Part shown: positions 38,956 to 51,712 of the stretch, in pieces | How positions within the stretch are numbered: the stretch's first letter is position 1 | How the letters are laid out: the number at the start of each line of letters is the position of its first letter | NCBI GenBank assembly: GCA_951406725.2 | Contig: OX597819.1 | Location: 60,698,001-60,762,000, forward strand | Source of the DNA: Octopus vulgaris | Taxonomy: Eukaryota | DNA: 64,000 nucleotides | Direction: 5' to 3' | The notes under the pieces: model-generated | The model's database searches: none | The model's input: the letters and a program-made list of their open reading frames with translations, nothing else | What the model was told of the DNA's origin: nothing | Made by a program: the position numbers and the translations under genes

Positions 38956-40969
38956 GAATCTTTATCAACCAATGCGATATGGAGCACTCATTCTCATTGT
39001 TCGATGTTTACATGTGTATACACACACACATGCCTATGTTTCAGTATATATGCATTGCACAGATTTATGGCCAAAGGTGCTTTCGTCATGTACATCTTTT
39101 TATATGTTTACATCGTCCAGTGTGTCTATTTCTTTTATTTGAAGATGGTACGGTGTGATTTGAAATAATTTGGCTGCTATTTTTAGCCCTCTCTTTATAT
39201 TTTAGAATGAAAAGGCGTGCGCTGGGACAGTGCATACAAACAGAAAGGAGTCAAACAAGACATCTCAGAGGAACTTATGTACGTTACAGCCCCTAGCTCA
39301 AGTCATCCCGTTTCATCTCTAGAGGTTAATAAATTACTCATAGTAATAAGCTTTGCACTAGGAACACACACACACACGTAGTTACTCTCCCCAGACACAA
39401 TAGATAAACTAAGTCTTTTGACAAATATACGATCTCCATCGTGGAAAACAATGTTGGAATACTAGTCACCTTGCCGGAATCGTTCCTTTTTGAGAGATAA
39501 TATTGTAACCAGTTGAGAGAAGAAATGATAGATAGAGCTGCTTGTAGTTGTAAAGTTCCAGATATTATGAAAGATACTATGTTTTCAATATTTTAATCAA
39601 GCTCTGAACGGTTAAATAAAATTATTGCTCGACAAGCATAGCATTTTCGATATGCAAATCCGACAACCGGTACTTGGTGTCTGTACAATGGAGAATGACA
39701 ATTGCTGTATGATTATGAGTTTTGTGACGAAATTTATGACATCAAATATAAGATTCTTAATAAAGTTAACAGTTTTATGCACTATTAAATGGCTAATATG
39801 TTTTCCACGCAGTGATTGTTTTAGTTGCAACATTGTCTCAGATCAAATCACTTGGTCAGACAAGTACATCTCCGAAGTATTAATTTTGAAGTAGTCTCCA
39901 GTTCATAAACGAAAACTGGAAAGTATGTATATACCATGCATTTACTGAAGCTATCAATATAAAAGATAAAATTACTCACTTGGGGGTTTAAAGGGATCTA
40001 ACGTACTGTTCTGTCGTGAAGTGGAAGACAGACAGTCAAACCAATAAAGTGAAGATAGTAAATTATGAAAGATGTTACGCGTAAAATTGTCATATCAAGA
40101 AATACTTTAAGCAAAGCAGTTTATTTGGTTAATGTTAACACTTTACTTCATTAGCTTGAAAAATAAAAAGCTTGTTACAGAAATCATTAAACCAACTATT
40201 ATTCTTCTAATAAAAAAATGGAATTACAGTCATATACATTATTTTCACCCCTGTCCGCATACCGGAGATGTCCGTACATCGATTTCTGCTATTAGTCTAT
40301 GGAGTACACCTACACCTAAAACAGAAACCACGCCACCTTACCGAATAGATTGAACTTCCAGTTCAACTATAAAGATAACACAATTTATGATTGCTATATT
40401 CATTTGAGTGTAACTACACATATGCTACAGTAGTTGGCAAATTCAAAGTATTCATCTGAATGTAGTAATCGTTATTTATCCTCCCTAAAGCATATTACAG
40501 GATACACAGAAATTATATAAACATTTATAAACGGACAGGGTCGATTATTTTATGACGATTGAAGAGCACAACGTTGCTTTGTGTTTATATTTTCTGCCTA
40601 ATTAACCATATGCCTGTATGGACATAAATAATACAATAGGTTACATATACATATGTACGTTAGTAAACATATACATATATATCAATACATCGAACATTTA
40701 TAGATACATTGAGAAATCAAAGCTTAGTCATAAGCAGACGTGAACAGTCGAATAGTTTTATCCAGGATTTCTTTATAAAAATTGTTATTTTAGAAATACA
40801 TTTTATTAAGTACTAATCTAGTAAAACGAATACAAATTACATACGAACATTATAACAAAACACATCAACACAAAAATAAGGGCCACCCTCAAGTTTGTTT
40901 ATATTAAAAGACGACGTACACTTCAACTATGTAACGGTAATAATGGGAAAATTAAAATGTAAAAAAGAC

Positions 40970-41040
40970 CTTGAAAATATTAGGTTCTGAGATGTTCCCG
41001 ACGATCCCATGTAATACACCCACAGTGACCGGATCTTCAT
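40970..41040 (-). CDS. AP5M1: AP-5 complex subunit mu-1, coding exon 1 (MKIRSLWVYYMGSSGTSQNLIFS-R)
   Basis: ATG at 41040. Peptide resembles the AP5M1 N-terminus (R..W....FSR). Phase-2 end joins exon 2 to give FSRRFPTVEK. Donor AAG|GTCTTT is weak. Confidence 0.8.
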
Positions 41041-41090
41041 CTTGTATGTTGTTTGTAAACTATCCCATAGACGTATGAGGCGAACGTAAA

Positions 41091-41145
41091 CTCGCCATTT
41101 TCATTATAACAATCACATGACTATACAGACAGTAACGTGATCAAC
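41091..41145 (-). promoter_or_regulatory. Putative AP5M1 proximal promoter: YY1-like AAAATGGCG and MITF/TFE M-box/CLEAR-like AGTCATGTGA
   Basis: Motifs lie 55-85 nt upstream of the start codon. Confidence 0.45.
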
Positions 41146-41499
41146 ATGTTAATTAATAAGGTGCCCCCTTTAGAGATTTCATTAAAAACTTATCTTGACT
41201 CAATTTTATGAAAATACTTTTGTCTATAAAGTAATAATAGGTATAACTACAGAACTGTGCCCCATCATCGACTTTGTTTCCTCATAACTTCCTTAAAAAC
41301 GCGAAATTTTCAGATCCGTTTTCGAGAATAGAGGTTACGATTATCTTAAAACTTTTGAAAAAAAAAAAGAAGTTTTTTTTAGGTGTTTCGGGTGATATTT
41401 ACTCCAATTTTCCAGAAAAATCTGCCAGCATAATAACCCTTTCTACTATAGGTACAAAGGTGAAAATTTGTTGGGGGTGGCTAATCGGTTACATCGATT

Positions 41500-41880
41500 C
41501 CAGTGCGTAGAGATACTTTGCTAGTTTCAATTGCCGTGCCTATTTCCTTGATTTTTTTCGGTTGTCTGGGTTCCAAACCTATCTTCTGCTGGAAATAGCG
41601 CATTGACCTAGATGGAAAGATGCAGCAGCCGGCCCCAATGAAGAATGAGGCCGCATGCCAACCCATAACAAGGTTCTCTTCGACTACGTGCTGATATTTC
41701 GATTTCTTTACTTGGTGGGAAATATTGAGTCTGTCCTTCCAGTGCACTGTAGGTTCGATCACAGTTATTCTTTATGTATTTCTGGAGAGCTGGAACTTGT
41801 CTGATCGGCGTAATATTACCCTTATCTCCTCTGGGAAGACTACTCTGCCCCTCAGGTCCACTTGCGTTTCCTAGCCTGAG
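41500..41880 (-). mobile_element. Decayed 3' end of an RLE-type non-LTR retrotransposon (Hero/NeSL-like)
   Basis: QVDLRGRVVFPEEI...IEPTVHWKDRLNISHQVKKSKYQHVVEE..GW, resembling the restriction-like endonuclease consensus IELTVPWE...K..KY. Confidence 0.7.
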
Positions 41881-44499
41881 GCTGAACGCAAAATAGGAAA
41901 TATGTCCCCTTCCATTGCTTTCGGCTTGGGAGCTTAGTCACCTTAATCGTAATCTATACTCTCGATAATGTATCTGTGGAAAATTTAAAGTATGCTTTTC
42001 TAAGACGTACTTCTGTAGTCATTCTTTAATGAATAGATCTAGTATTTACTAATCAACGTGTCCTTTATGTTCCTGAAAAGTGCCTCTTGAAGATAATATA
42101 TCTGCTTAGATATTGTGCGTCTTCTTTTGCGTTTCATTGCTTTTATGGTTGATAGTTGGCCACAGGTCATCTGTGATCGAGCATACTTATGATTAAAGGC
42201 ATCCATCTATGAACAGCCCATCCTTTCCTATGCAAAGTCAACCAAGAGACATATACAATGGATCCTTCTATTATAGACTGTAGGAGGGAATATAGAAGAG
42301 ATGTGGTTTCACACGTTAGTTACACCAACTATTGTTATCTACATCTGCTATTTCCACGGTTGGAAACTTACAAAAGGATTGGTCGTGTTTTGTCTCGTTT
42401 CTTTTCGACTTATCACCATACATGTTCATAACGGGACTACCAGACTTTTGTTAGCACAGTCCTCAGTGTTACTGGAAGATCATACAAACTCTATACTATG
42501 ACAAAGAGCAACCATCAGATGAATACACACACACATTAAGATATACAATGTGTATGTGTGTATTCGTCACTGTTCATATTGAAGCTGCCGATTAGTTTTC
42601 TTATTTCAAGTTAGTTAAGGGTGAATCAGTTTGTATAAACTAGCGAGAGAGAAAACAAACCAAAACAAAATTCACACTTATTTGTAATATCAGCATCCTC
42701 AAGATTATTTCCCTTAGCTCTATTTTGATACCAATTATACTTGCAAGAATTCTTTCCTCATTTGTAAAATCCTGTCCACTTATTATAGTAAGGTTGAGAA
42801 GACAATGCTTCGCTGATGACGTCTAACTAGAACGAAACATGTGCTAGAGTGGCTGGCTAGATTTGCCATTGAGTATAAAATTAAGAATTTTATGACATCA
42901 AATTGTTTTCTTGAAATTATCTCCCTATTTTTTAGTGTTACTAGCATTGCTGCTAGTTTTTTGTTTTTTGTCTGCAACTAAACGGAAAATTTTAGTTCGT
43001 TGTAATTTTCGACATGTCATTTACTTGATTAGAATTTATCCAAATCACCTAAATCCATACCATTGGCTTTCCTTCAGCTTTTTGTGTATTATATTGATTT
43101 CAGATTTTCGCACAAGGCCAGCAATTTCAGGACAGGGGTAATCTCGATTACATCGACGCTAGTACTCAACTGGTCTTTATTTTATTTACCTCATAAAAGA
43201 TGAAAAGCAAAGTCAACCTCGTCGGAATTTGAACTCAGAACATAAAAACAGACGAAATGCCGCTAAGCATTTTGTTCTACATGCTAACGATTCTGCTAGC
43301 TTGCCACCTTCTATTAATCACATCTGGAAGGCGGCAAGTTACATAATTGTTGGTGTATCGGACAAAATGCTTAGCGGCAACTTTGTCTTTCATCCTTTTG
43401 AGATCGATAAAATAAGGTCGATGTAATGGACTAACCCCTTCCATTAAAATTGCTGGCTTTGTACCAAAATTTGAAACCATACTAAAACTAATCTGGTCTT
43501 TGCCTTTTGTCATTCACATTATTCTTTATATTGCGGCCCACTTGCTGGTTTTGAAATTAAATAATGATTTAAATCTGTGACAGAATGGGGAAATGGATAT
43601 TGAATAGACATTAAAACGACTCTAGTGCATGACAAATATTAATTTTGACTCGGGCGGGATTTGGACAAATAAAGTAAAGGGACATGACTCATGGCTTTAT
43701 TCTAGCACGCTTAAAATAATACACGAATTATTTATATATTTTTTCTGACCCCCGCCCCTCCCCCAAAACATGAATTATTTTTTTTTAGGGTGGGAAACTA
43801 TGTTGCTTATACTTTCAAGGACTAACGCGGAAATTTTAGTGAAAAGTTTTCATTCGGGAATCAAAATGAAATGACAAGAAATAAAATTATCAGTTTATAG
43901 GTTTTCTCTCTGAATATTCTAACGTCAAACGAATTAAACGTTCATGTATCATTCATTTAGTTAGGGACAGCGTGAAATAAACTTGTTAAATGCTGTCTTC
44001 AATTAAACAATCCTTTCGCAATGTGACAGGTGTCAATACTTGTGGGTTTTCTCTTTAATACGTAATGCTTGATTTTAATTCATAATGTTGAAAATAAATA
44101 TATGGCGATCCTTGAAAGTAGAACTCAAGGATCGCCAATATAATAGCATTATGCACCTTTCTAAACTAGGAGGCCATCTAATGTACTTAGACATTTAAGT
44201 CTGATCAGATGTTCCGGCTATAATCTCATTATTTTAAAGCATACCGTATTCAGTGTGTATCCACTTTAAGCCATACGGGACTATCTATTGCAGTGGCTCG
44301 AATTCTCATATCAGAGATGCCACGCCGGTGATTAATTCAAAGTCCATTCCCAAATAAACCTACTTTGAGTCAGTTGAATAGCTGTCAGAAGCTGCATAAA
44401 AGCAAAAAGAAAACCTTGACTTGTATTTATGCTATAAATACTATAGCCTTATTGACATAACTGAATCTCACCAAGTACTTATTACCAGCAAAAGCCTTA

Positions 44500-44710
44500 A
44501 CAATACCGGCATTTCGAGTCACGTTTTCCCGGCTAACCGAGATGCATGATGGGAAATGTTATAAAGTATTCTTTAATAAACATATCATTAATTTAATTAT
44601 TGTATTTCAATTTTCATAAAAGTTTAAAATATTTATGAATTTAAATAGTTTTTTTCAAAACACATTTGCTAATTAAATTTGATAACAAAATAACTTCACA
44701 TCCGGTCCAC
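44500..44710 (+). promoter_or_regulatory. Putative EIF3C core promoter with ZNF143/Staf-like and ETS-like motifs
   Basis: GCATGATGGGAAATGT at 44544-44559; CACATCCGG at about 44697-44705; YY1-like AAAATGGCTGCC near 44940 in intron 1. Confidence 0.5.
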
Positions 44711-44761
44711 TTTTGGTGACTACTACCCGCATTTTGGCGTATCCGTCAATAAAACTTCGCG
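44705..44761 (+). other. EIF3C: Probable non-coding first exon (5'UTR) of EIF3C; start approximate
   Basis: Strong donor CG|GTAAGT at 44761/44762 in a CpG-rich patch, after an ETS-like CACATCCGG. The first coding exon has an acceptor 3 nt before its ATG, so an upstream exon is required. Confidence 0.6.
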
Positions 44762-47700
44762 GTAAGTTTTACGTATTTAGTACGTTAAATGGCCTGTTCA
44801 CACCTATTATTACTTTTGCATGATTACTTCATTTCCATTTCAAATTATTTTAATTAATATTTATATGATACAATTTTTACTCTATCCTTATAAAAGAAAA
44901 ACCTAAAATTCACGTGTAGAATGTCTCCACGCTGCTTAACAAATGGCTGCCAATGGAAGACTGCTTATTCATGTGTCATGAGTTTTCTTGTTGCTTTATT
45001 CTACAGACATTTTTCAAAGATTGACTATAAGAAATAATTCGGATGTCTATATTGAAATAACATTTATACCATCTAGTTCTTATTTGTAAGTTTGGCCTGT
45101 TGATGTTATATATATATTTTTATCATTTTGCCGCACTCCTACGTAATTTGAGGCATCCATCATCAATTAAAATTTCTCTGATCCGCCCTGGAAAGTTTTG
45201 GGGAATAGGTATTAATCAAACCAAATGTTTATAGATGAAAACCATTTTTAGTTTATTAAGCCAATAACGTTTTAATTACGATATCGCTGCAGAAACAATA
45301 CTCAACTTGGTCTTTGAAATGCCATATGGAATTTCTGTTCTATTGAATTTGGTAACTTATTTAAATAGCAATTTGCTTCGAGTCTGAGTTAAAAAGAAAA
45401 ATCTCAAAATTTAAACAAGTCAATTTTCATTATAGTCCACTTATATCCACGTTTCATATATAGTCACTCTTTAAACAGCTGTTAAATCTGCAATTTTATT
45501 CTCACAAAGGCATCAGTTACAAATTGTACCATTACAACAGCGTTACGTACGATAAATCAGAAATAACTATGTTATAGCTACTGTAGAAACCTTTTATTTT
45601 AAAATATATTTTACTAATATATTGCAAATTGTCAAATTATCTTCATAGACCTTCTAATGAAAACGTTTGTGTTCAGTATTGAAAGGTTAGATTCCAAGGG
45701 GAAACAGATGGTTGGATCTAGTTCGTATATCACCATTTAAAACGATTGATTGATGTCTCGGAGTTTCTGAGGCATCGCTTTTGGGGTGTTAATTATTAGT
45801 GATGTATCCACGTGTTTTTCATATGTAATCCCATAGAAGTTTTCGTAGGTTATATAGCTGTTGCACTGGACATTCTGTTGATACTTATTTAAAGCCAGTT
45901 TAATCAAACCAAAGCGTGCCACGATCGAAGTATGAACGGTAGATCCTGGCTCGTGTAGCATCCTTACGATACCATTACTATACCGCTATTTCTCTCGTAT
46001 AAATGGAGCTGTTTCTCTAATTAAAATACATAGGCTTGTCATTTACATGTCAAGTGAGCTCAGACAGAAAAGAAGAAGGCTTTGCAAATTTCTTTAGAAT
46101 TAACCTGTAATGATTGATTCGACTCCGACAAACAGCTGGGATATACTTTCGTATAGTTGACAATTAAACTGGGGCCAGCCGTTCTTTTCTTCAAAATGAT
46201 TAAAATGTAATGCTGAGACCCCCTTCGGTCATGACTAACCATGGGAATGCACCTAGAAAGTTACCCTCCCAGGCACAAGTTCGGGCAAGGTTGTTTATGG
46301 AAGGCCAGCAGTCGCCCATGTATACCGGCCTCCCCTCGCCACTCCACCAGTGTTATCCAAGGGAAAGGCAACGGCCGATACAGCTTGGTGCCTGTGACGT
46401 CACAACTAAATTCTACAGCTGTAATAGCGATATATTAAACAAAAAAAAAAAGATACTTCTGGGACAAGATAATTACGGAAAAATGTGAGACATTTTTATA
46501 AAGATATGAGATAATTAGCCATGGTGCACTGATGGAGTTTACCACATGGAATGATTGTTAATGTTTCGGTTAGGTAATATATATTTTTTGGCGACGCAGA
46601 TTTGCATTTTTTTTAGCTCATTAATCGAGTTTCGTATTCTGTAGGGCATTTCGTTCTAATTTTTTATCCCTTTTTAGTAAGAGAATAAATACTTGATGCT
46701 TAATATCCAGCAAGAATTATTTCTAAATTATTTTGCGATGGTTTTCTAAAAAGAGGAATCGTACAATTTTGATAAAACTTAAATAAATTTAAAAGCATAT
46801 TTCATGAGTGCTGTATTATAGGAGCTGATCTTTGTTCGTTGTGAAAAGAAACCGGGTATGTCTTCTCTTAGGAGCAGTCAACAAACTGAGAAATGGCTTG
46901 TCAGGAAACTCGCCTCTTTCCTGCACATCGGTATCAGAGAATGAATGTGTTTATATACTTATTTAATACACAAGCTGTGTAATATTTAAATTTATTACTG
47001 TTCTGATTTAAGTTGTGCGTGAAATATTGATTTGGTTAGAAGAAGAAATCAGTAGAGAGTTTTAAAATAGTTTGAAAGAGTTCAGAAGCAGGGTATCTTG
47101 AGCAGTTTCGTTTGAATAGTGTTAAATCATTTTGTTCTGAAAGTATCTAAGAATGCTGGTGAAGAATTGGTCTACAGAAACATTATTTCATCTAGTTGTT
47201 TTAAACTTCAAAATAAAAATTAATTTAAAGTTTGACTTTAAGTATAATTTTCAATTTAGAACATCTTAAGTGGATAGGAATTTACAAAATAAATATCTTG
47301 AAAATAGTTAACGCTAGAAATACAATGGAAGTCTTCCAAATTTATGAATTGATTGCCTTAATTAGTGCTTCGTTGCTCACTAGTGCAGATTTTCTAGGTT
47401 TAAAAGTTAGTAGCAAACCAACTCTGTAAGTTTCAAGAAGGCAATCAAATTTCAAAGTGGATTCTTTATTGATGGTTGTGCCCATCACCACCTACACAAA
47501 TGACCGTTTACTTAGAAGAAATCTATTTAGTCTGAGTTGAATTGGTGTGCTAAGATAATTGGTTTCTCTTTGTGTGTGTTAATAATTTTTATTATTAACC
47601 TAAAAGAAAGTAAAGAGCTGTTAAAATTCTTTGCACACAAGGCAAAGTGCTTAGCAGCATTTCTTCTGGTTCTTTACATTCTAGCTTCAAATTCCATTCA

Positions 47701-49748
47701 GGTTGACTTCTTGGTGTTGTTTGGAGTCAATGGAATGAACTTACACCCTTCTCTAAAATTACAGGCCTTGTGCTAAAATATGAAATCATTAACCTACAGA
47801 TGTTTTGTGGAGCAAAATATTGATCATTTCTTCTCCTTAATCTCTTTGAAAATATCTTTAATTCCTAGCAGTTGCTTTCACAATTTCTTGTACTTCTGTA
47901 AATTAATAAACATATACTTACACTTCAACAAACTAATCAATTGAACTGAAAATGTCATTTTCAGTTAATAATGGAAGCATTTTCTCAATCTGGGAACATA
48001 GATAGGAATTGATATAACTTGAATTCAAAACTCTTCTGTTTCCATGATATATCTATCCTACCATACCACAAAAACTTGTTATTTAAGTGGTTATAGTTTC
48101 TATAATATCAGTTTGTTTTTCCATTGTCTTCTAGCTATTAAGAATTTTATAGTCTTTTCATAGTCTTTTTTTTTTTATATATATAAATGGAAAGTAATTA
48201 AGGATGAATTTTTGAAAATGATGGACCATGTTTATAGCATAACTCTTTTTCACAGTCATATGAAGTACACTTCTTATGTTTCACTTAATTTTGAAAATAA
48301 CCAAACATTTGGACAGATTCAATTTTGACATTAATTGTTATATTAATCTGGTATATCTAAACAGAAGCTTACACAAAATTATGATGGAGAGTTTTAATTT
48401 AAATAGAATTTTAAAGCAAATGGTTATATATTATAGAACTGAGAGATGTGAAATGAATATATCTTTCACCTTCCTGTCTACTGTAAAACAATGTGCAAGA
48501 GAACAAACAAAATGATGGAAAAAAACTTGGTATTTTGATAACTTAAAAGAAAGTGTATGCAGAATGGTGTGATGTTAATTACTTCCTGTTGGCAAGTAAG
48601 CCATCACCCTCATCATTTAATGTCCACCTTCCATGCTGGCATGAATAGGATGGTTTGACACAATCTGTTGAGCTTGAGAACTGCATTGAGCCCCAGGTAG
48701 TGTTTTCTATGGCTGGATGCCTTTCATAATGCCAAATATCTAGGTCAAATGTTTAATGTTAAACCAATCTTAAACTGTGGTATGAAATTGACACTTGCCT
48801 TGCTTGTGTATCAATCTGTAATAATTTTCACAATGCAATTTCAGAATTGTTTGCTAGAAGACTTGCATAGTCTGTATGCTATGTATCAGTCATCCAGGCT
48901 CTAAATTATTAACCACAGTCAAAATATGAGGCATAACTTGGAAGCATAAAACTCAAAAAAGTAAAGAAAACTGAGCTCTCAATTTCTAGAATTTATATGC
49001 ACTTGGTTTACCTGGTTAACAATTTGTTTTTTTCAAGAAAGTTTATAGATAAAATATTGTTGTATCTTGGGAACGTCAGATTAAAGAAAAGTTTAATTGA
49101 AAATATTTGTAGAAAGAAATTTTCTTGGATAAAATGAAAATTTGCAAAAATTCTTAGTGTTTGATTTGATTAAAATGTGGGTCAGAAATCTTCAGGCAGT
49201 GGAATTTTCAGCAAATGTCATCAGCATAATGAACTTTGTCAACTGTACTAAGTAAATTAACCATAATTTAAGTTAATGGTTTCTGGGAATTTTTGCCCAT
49301 GCATCTTTTAACTTTTTGTTACTGTAATTCTGTTGAAATAACATTGCCTATATTTCAATTAGTTCTGAAAATATTTAACAATTTACTAAAATAACTTTGT
49401 TATTATTAAGTTAGTATTTGAAAAATAAATTTAACTCGAAATTTTGATGGAAGGTTTTAAGTGAGATCACTTTTAAAAGAGATTTATATTGTAGAATCAG
49501 GAGTGGACTCAGGTTGGTATTAAAAAGGTTAATTAAATCTACTTTTGGATTGGCATTATTTTATTAGCAGGCAACAGAACAGATCATCAACATTTTATAT
49601 AATGTTTCATTTTGTTTCGATTCATTGATTTAGGTTATGGATTGTGCGAGTGCAATATATAAACCTGTCAGATTAACTCTACTGCAAGCACATCTTAAAT
49701 AACAAGTACATATAAAGAGTAATTTAATATATTATTATTTTTCAGAAA

Positions 49749-49831
49749 ATGTCGAAGTTTTACAAGATAGAAAATGAGACTGATAGTGAAAGCAGCGAAG
49801 AGGAGGTCATACCTCAACGTCAGGCTACAAA
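49749..49831 (+). CDS. EIF3C: eIF3 subunit C coding exon 1 (MSKFYKIENETDSESSEEEVIPQRQAT-K)
   Basis: ttttcag|aaaATG; MS.F..S/E-rich N-terminus typical of eIF3c; gtaagt donor. Confidence 0.88.
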
Positions 49832-51023
49832 GTAAGTATTTCATTTTCATTAGACATTATTGTTACAGACAAAGATCTCTTGTTAAAAATCTTGTGTTTA
49901 TGATTCGTCACCAGTATTTTTTATGCTGGTTATTCTGTGTACCTCAGCTGTGGTCACCTTCCACTGCTAACAATTTCTCCTCAGCATGCATCATCCACTG
50001 TAGCAGTTATCTCTGTACTTTGCCTGATGCAGTCTTATTTTTTTGCATCTCAACCTGTAGTGTCTTTATTTACTGAAGATTGTCTTCACTCACTGCCTGT
50101 TTCAAATATATCAATTATTGCATGCATCTGGACACAAATATAATGGTATGGCTAAGAATTCTTGTTTAAAGCTGTGTTGGCCCTGGGTCAACCGTGTAGT
50201 ACCTTAGGTAAGTTTTCTACCTCAGTCTTGTGTGGGTCAGAACCTTTGAGAAACAGAAACTGTGGAAGCCTGTTGTGAATGTGTGTGTGTGTGATGGAGT
50301 ATATATGAATTGAGAGTGAAACTGGATATAAGAGAAATCAGATGTGCTGTGCAAGAGAGAAGACAGCTGCATAAAAATGTGTTGGACATTCAAAGTGGAT
50401 GTAAGCTGTGGAAGAGAGAGACCCAGGAAGACATGGGTTGGAATAGTGGAGACTGATCTCAGGATATTGATCTTTATGGAGATGACACAAGACTGAGATG
50501 ATTGATTGGTGATATGCTGTGCAAGGATGGAAAAGTGAACAGTAAAATGATGGTAGTGATGGATACTGGGAACATTATATTTTTACACTTTGTCTCTCAT
50601 TCAGTTTGTCCTTGTCAAGTCTATATTTTTTTGTCTATCCTCCCTGTTTGATACCCTCTCATCTCTATCACCCGCCCACTTATAGGATATTTCATAAGAG
50701 AATCCATGCAATTGCCTCGACTAAGCTGAGTACAATGTACAGAATCTTGGTTAATTCCCATTGACCTTAATGGTGACTTTGATCCTTATTTTTTAGCTTC
50801 TCTTAACATGACCTGAGCAGCACCCTCACTTAACTTCCTTGTTGCCAGAAATACTTTTCTTCGTTGATAGATCTAAGATACTTTTTGCCAACTACCAAAT
50901 AAAGAGCTCAACTAAATCATGTGCTGTTAACTTTAACCTGCATTAGCTTGCTACGATTCTTTATGCACTCCATAAACTTGAGATCAGAGTAGTTTTCCTC
51001 TCTCTTGCACATCTTCATGTTTA

Positions 51024-51345
51024 AGGCGCATGGCCTAGTGGTTAGGGTATTTGGCTCACAATTGTAAGGTTGTGAGTTCAATTCCTGGTGACGCATTGTG
51101 TCCTTGAGTTAGACACTTTCTTTTACATTGCTCCAGTCCATTCAACTGGCAAAAATGAGTAGTACTTGTATTTCAAAGGGGCAGCCTTGTCACACTCTGT
51201 GTCACATTGAATCTCCCTGAGAACTACGTTAAGGGTACACGTGTCTGTGGAGTGCTCAGCCACTTGCACATTAATTTCACGAGCAAGCTGTTCCATTGAT
51301 AGGATCAACTGGAACCCTCATCATCGTAACTGACAAAGTGCCAGT
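51024..51345 (+). mobile_element. tRNA-derived SINE (different family)
   Basis: TGGCCTAGTGG and GAGTTCAATTCC boxes followed by a TGTGTCCTTGAG..AGACAC core-like domain. Confidence 0.7.
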
Positions 51346-51712
51346 TTCTAGTACATTTTCATTATCCTAGAAGCATTTGACAATGATGCTGCTATACCAG
51401 TTCTTAGGTACAATCCTTTCCTACACAAATCTAACTTTCAAAGAACCTCTGATTCATCCTGACAGTTTTTACATTCAGCAACTGTCTTTGTAGCTTTGCT
51501 ATTTCAACGTATTTTTAAGTGTATTCAAGCAGTTTCATAAAGGCAACAAATCTAATTTCTTTCATCCCTGTTCTTTTCTCTTTCTCTTGTATGTCCCCTA
51601 TCTGGAAACTGACTTAACTCAAGAGTAATCAGGTTCTTAATATTAGTTGAAGTTAAGGTGGCAAACAGTCTGAATTTTTAGCACGTTGGCCACAATGCTC
51701 AGCAGCATTTTG

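Noticed and set aside
40960-40970. AP5M1 intron 1 as a U12-type intron
   Set aside because: Donor is GTCTTT, not the U12 consensus GTATCCTT; treated as a weak U2 donor
51024-51095. tRNA-like sequence
   Set aside because: No proper cloverleaf closure; it continues into a SINE body
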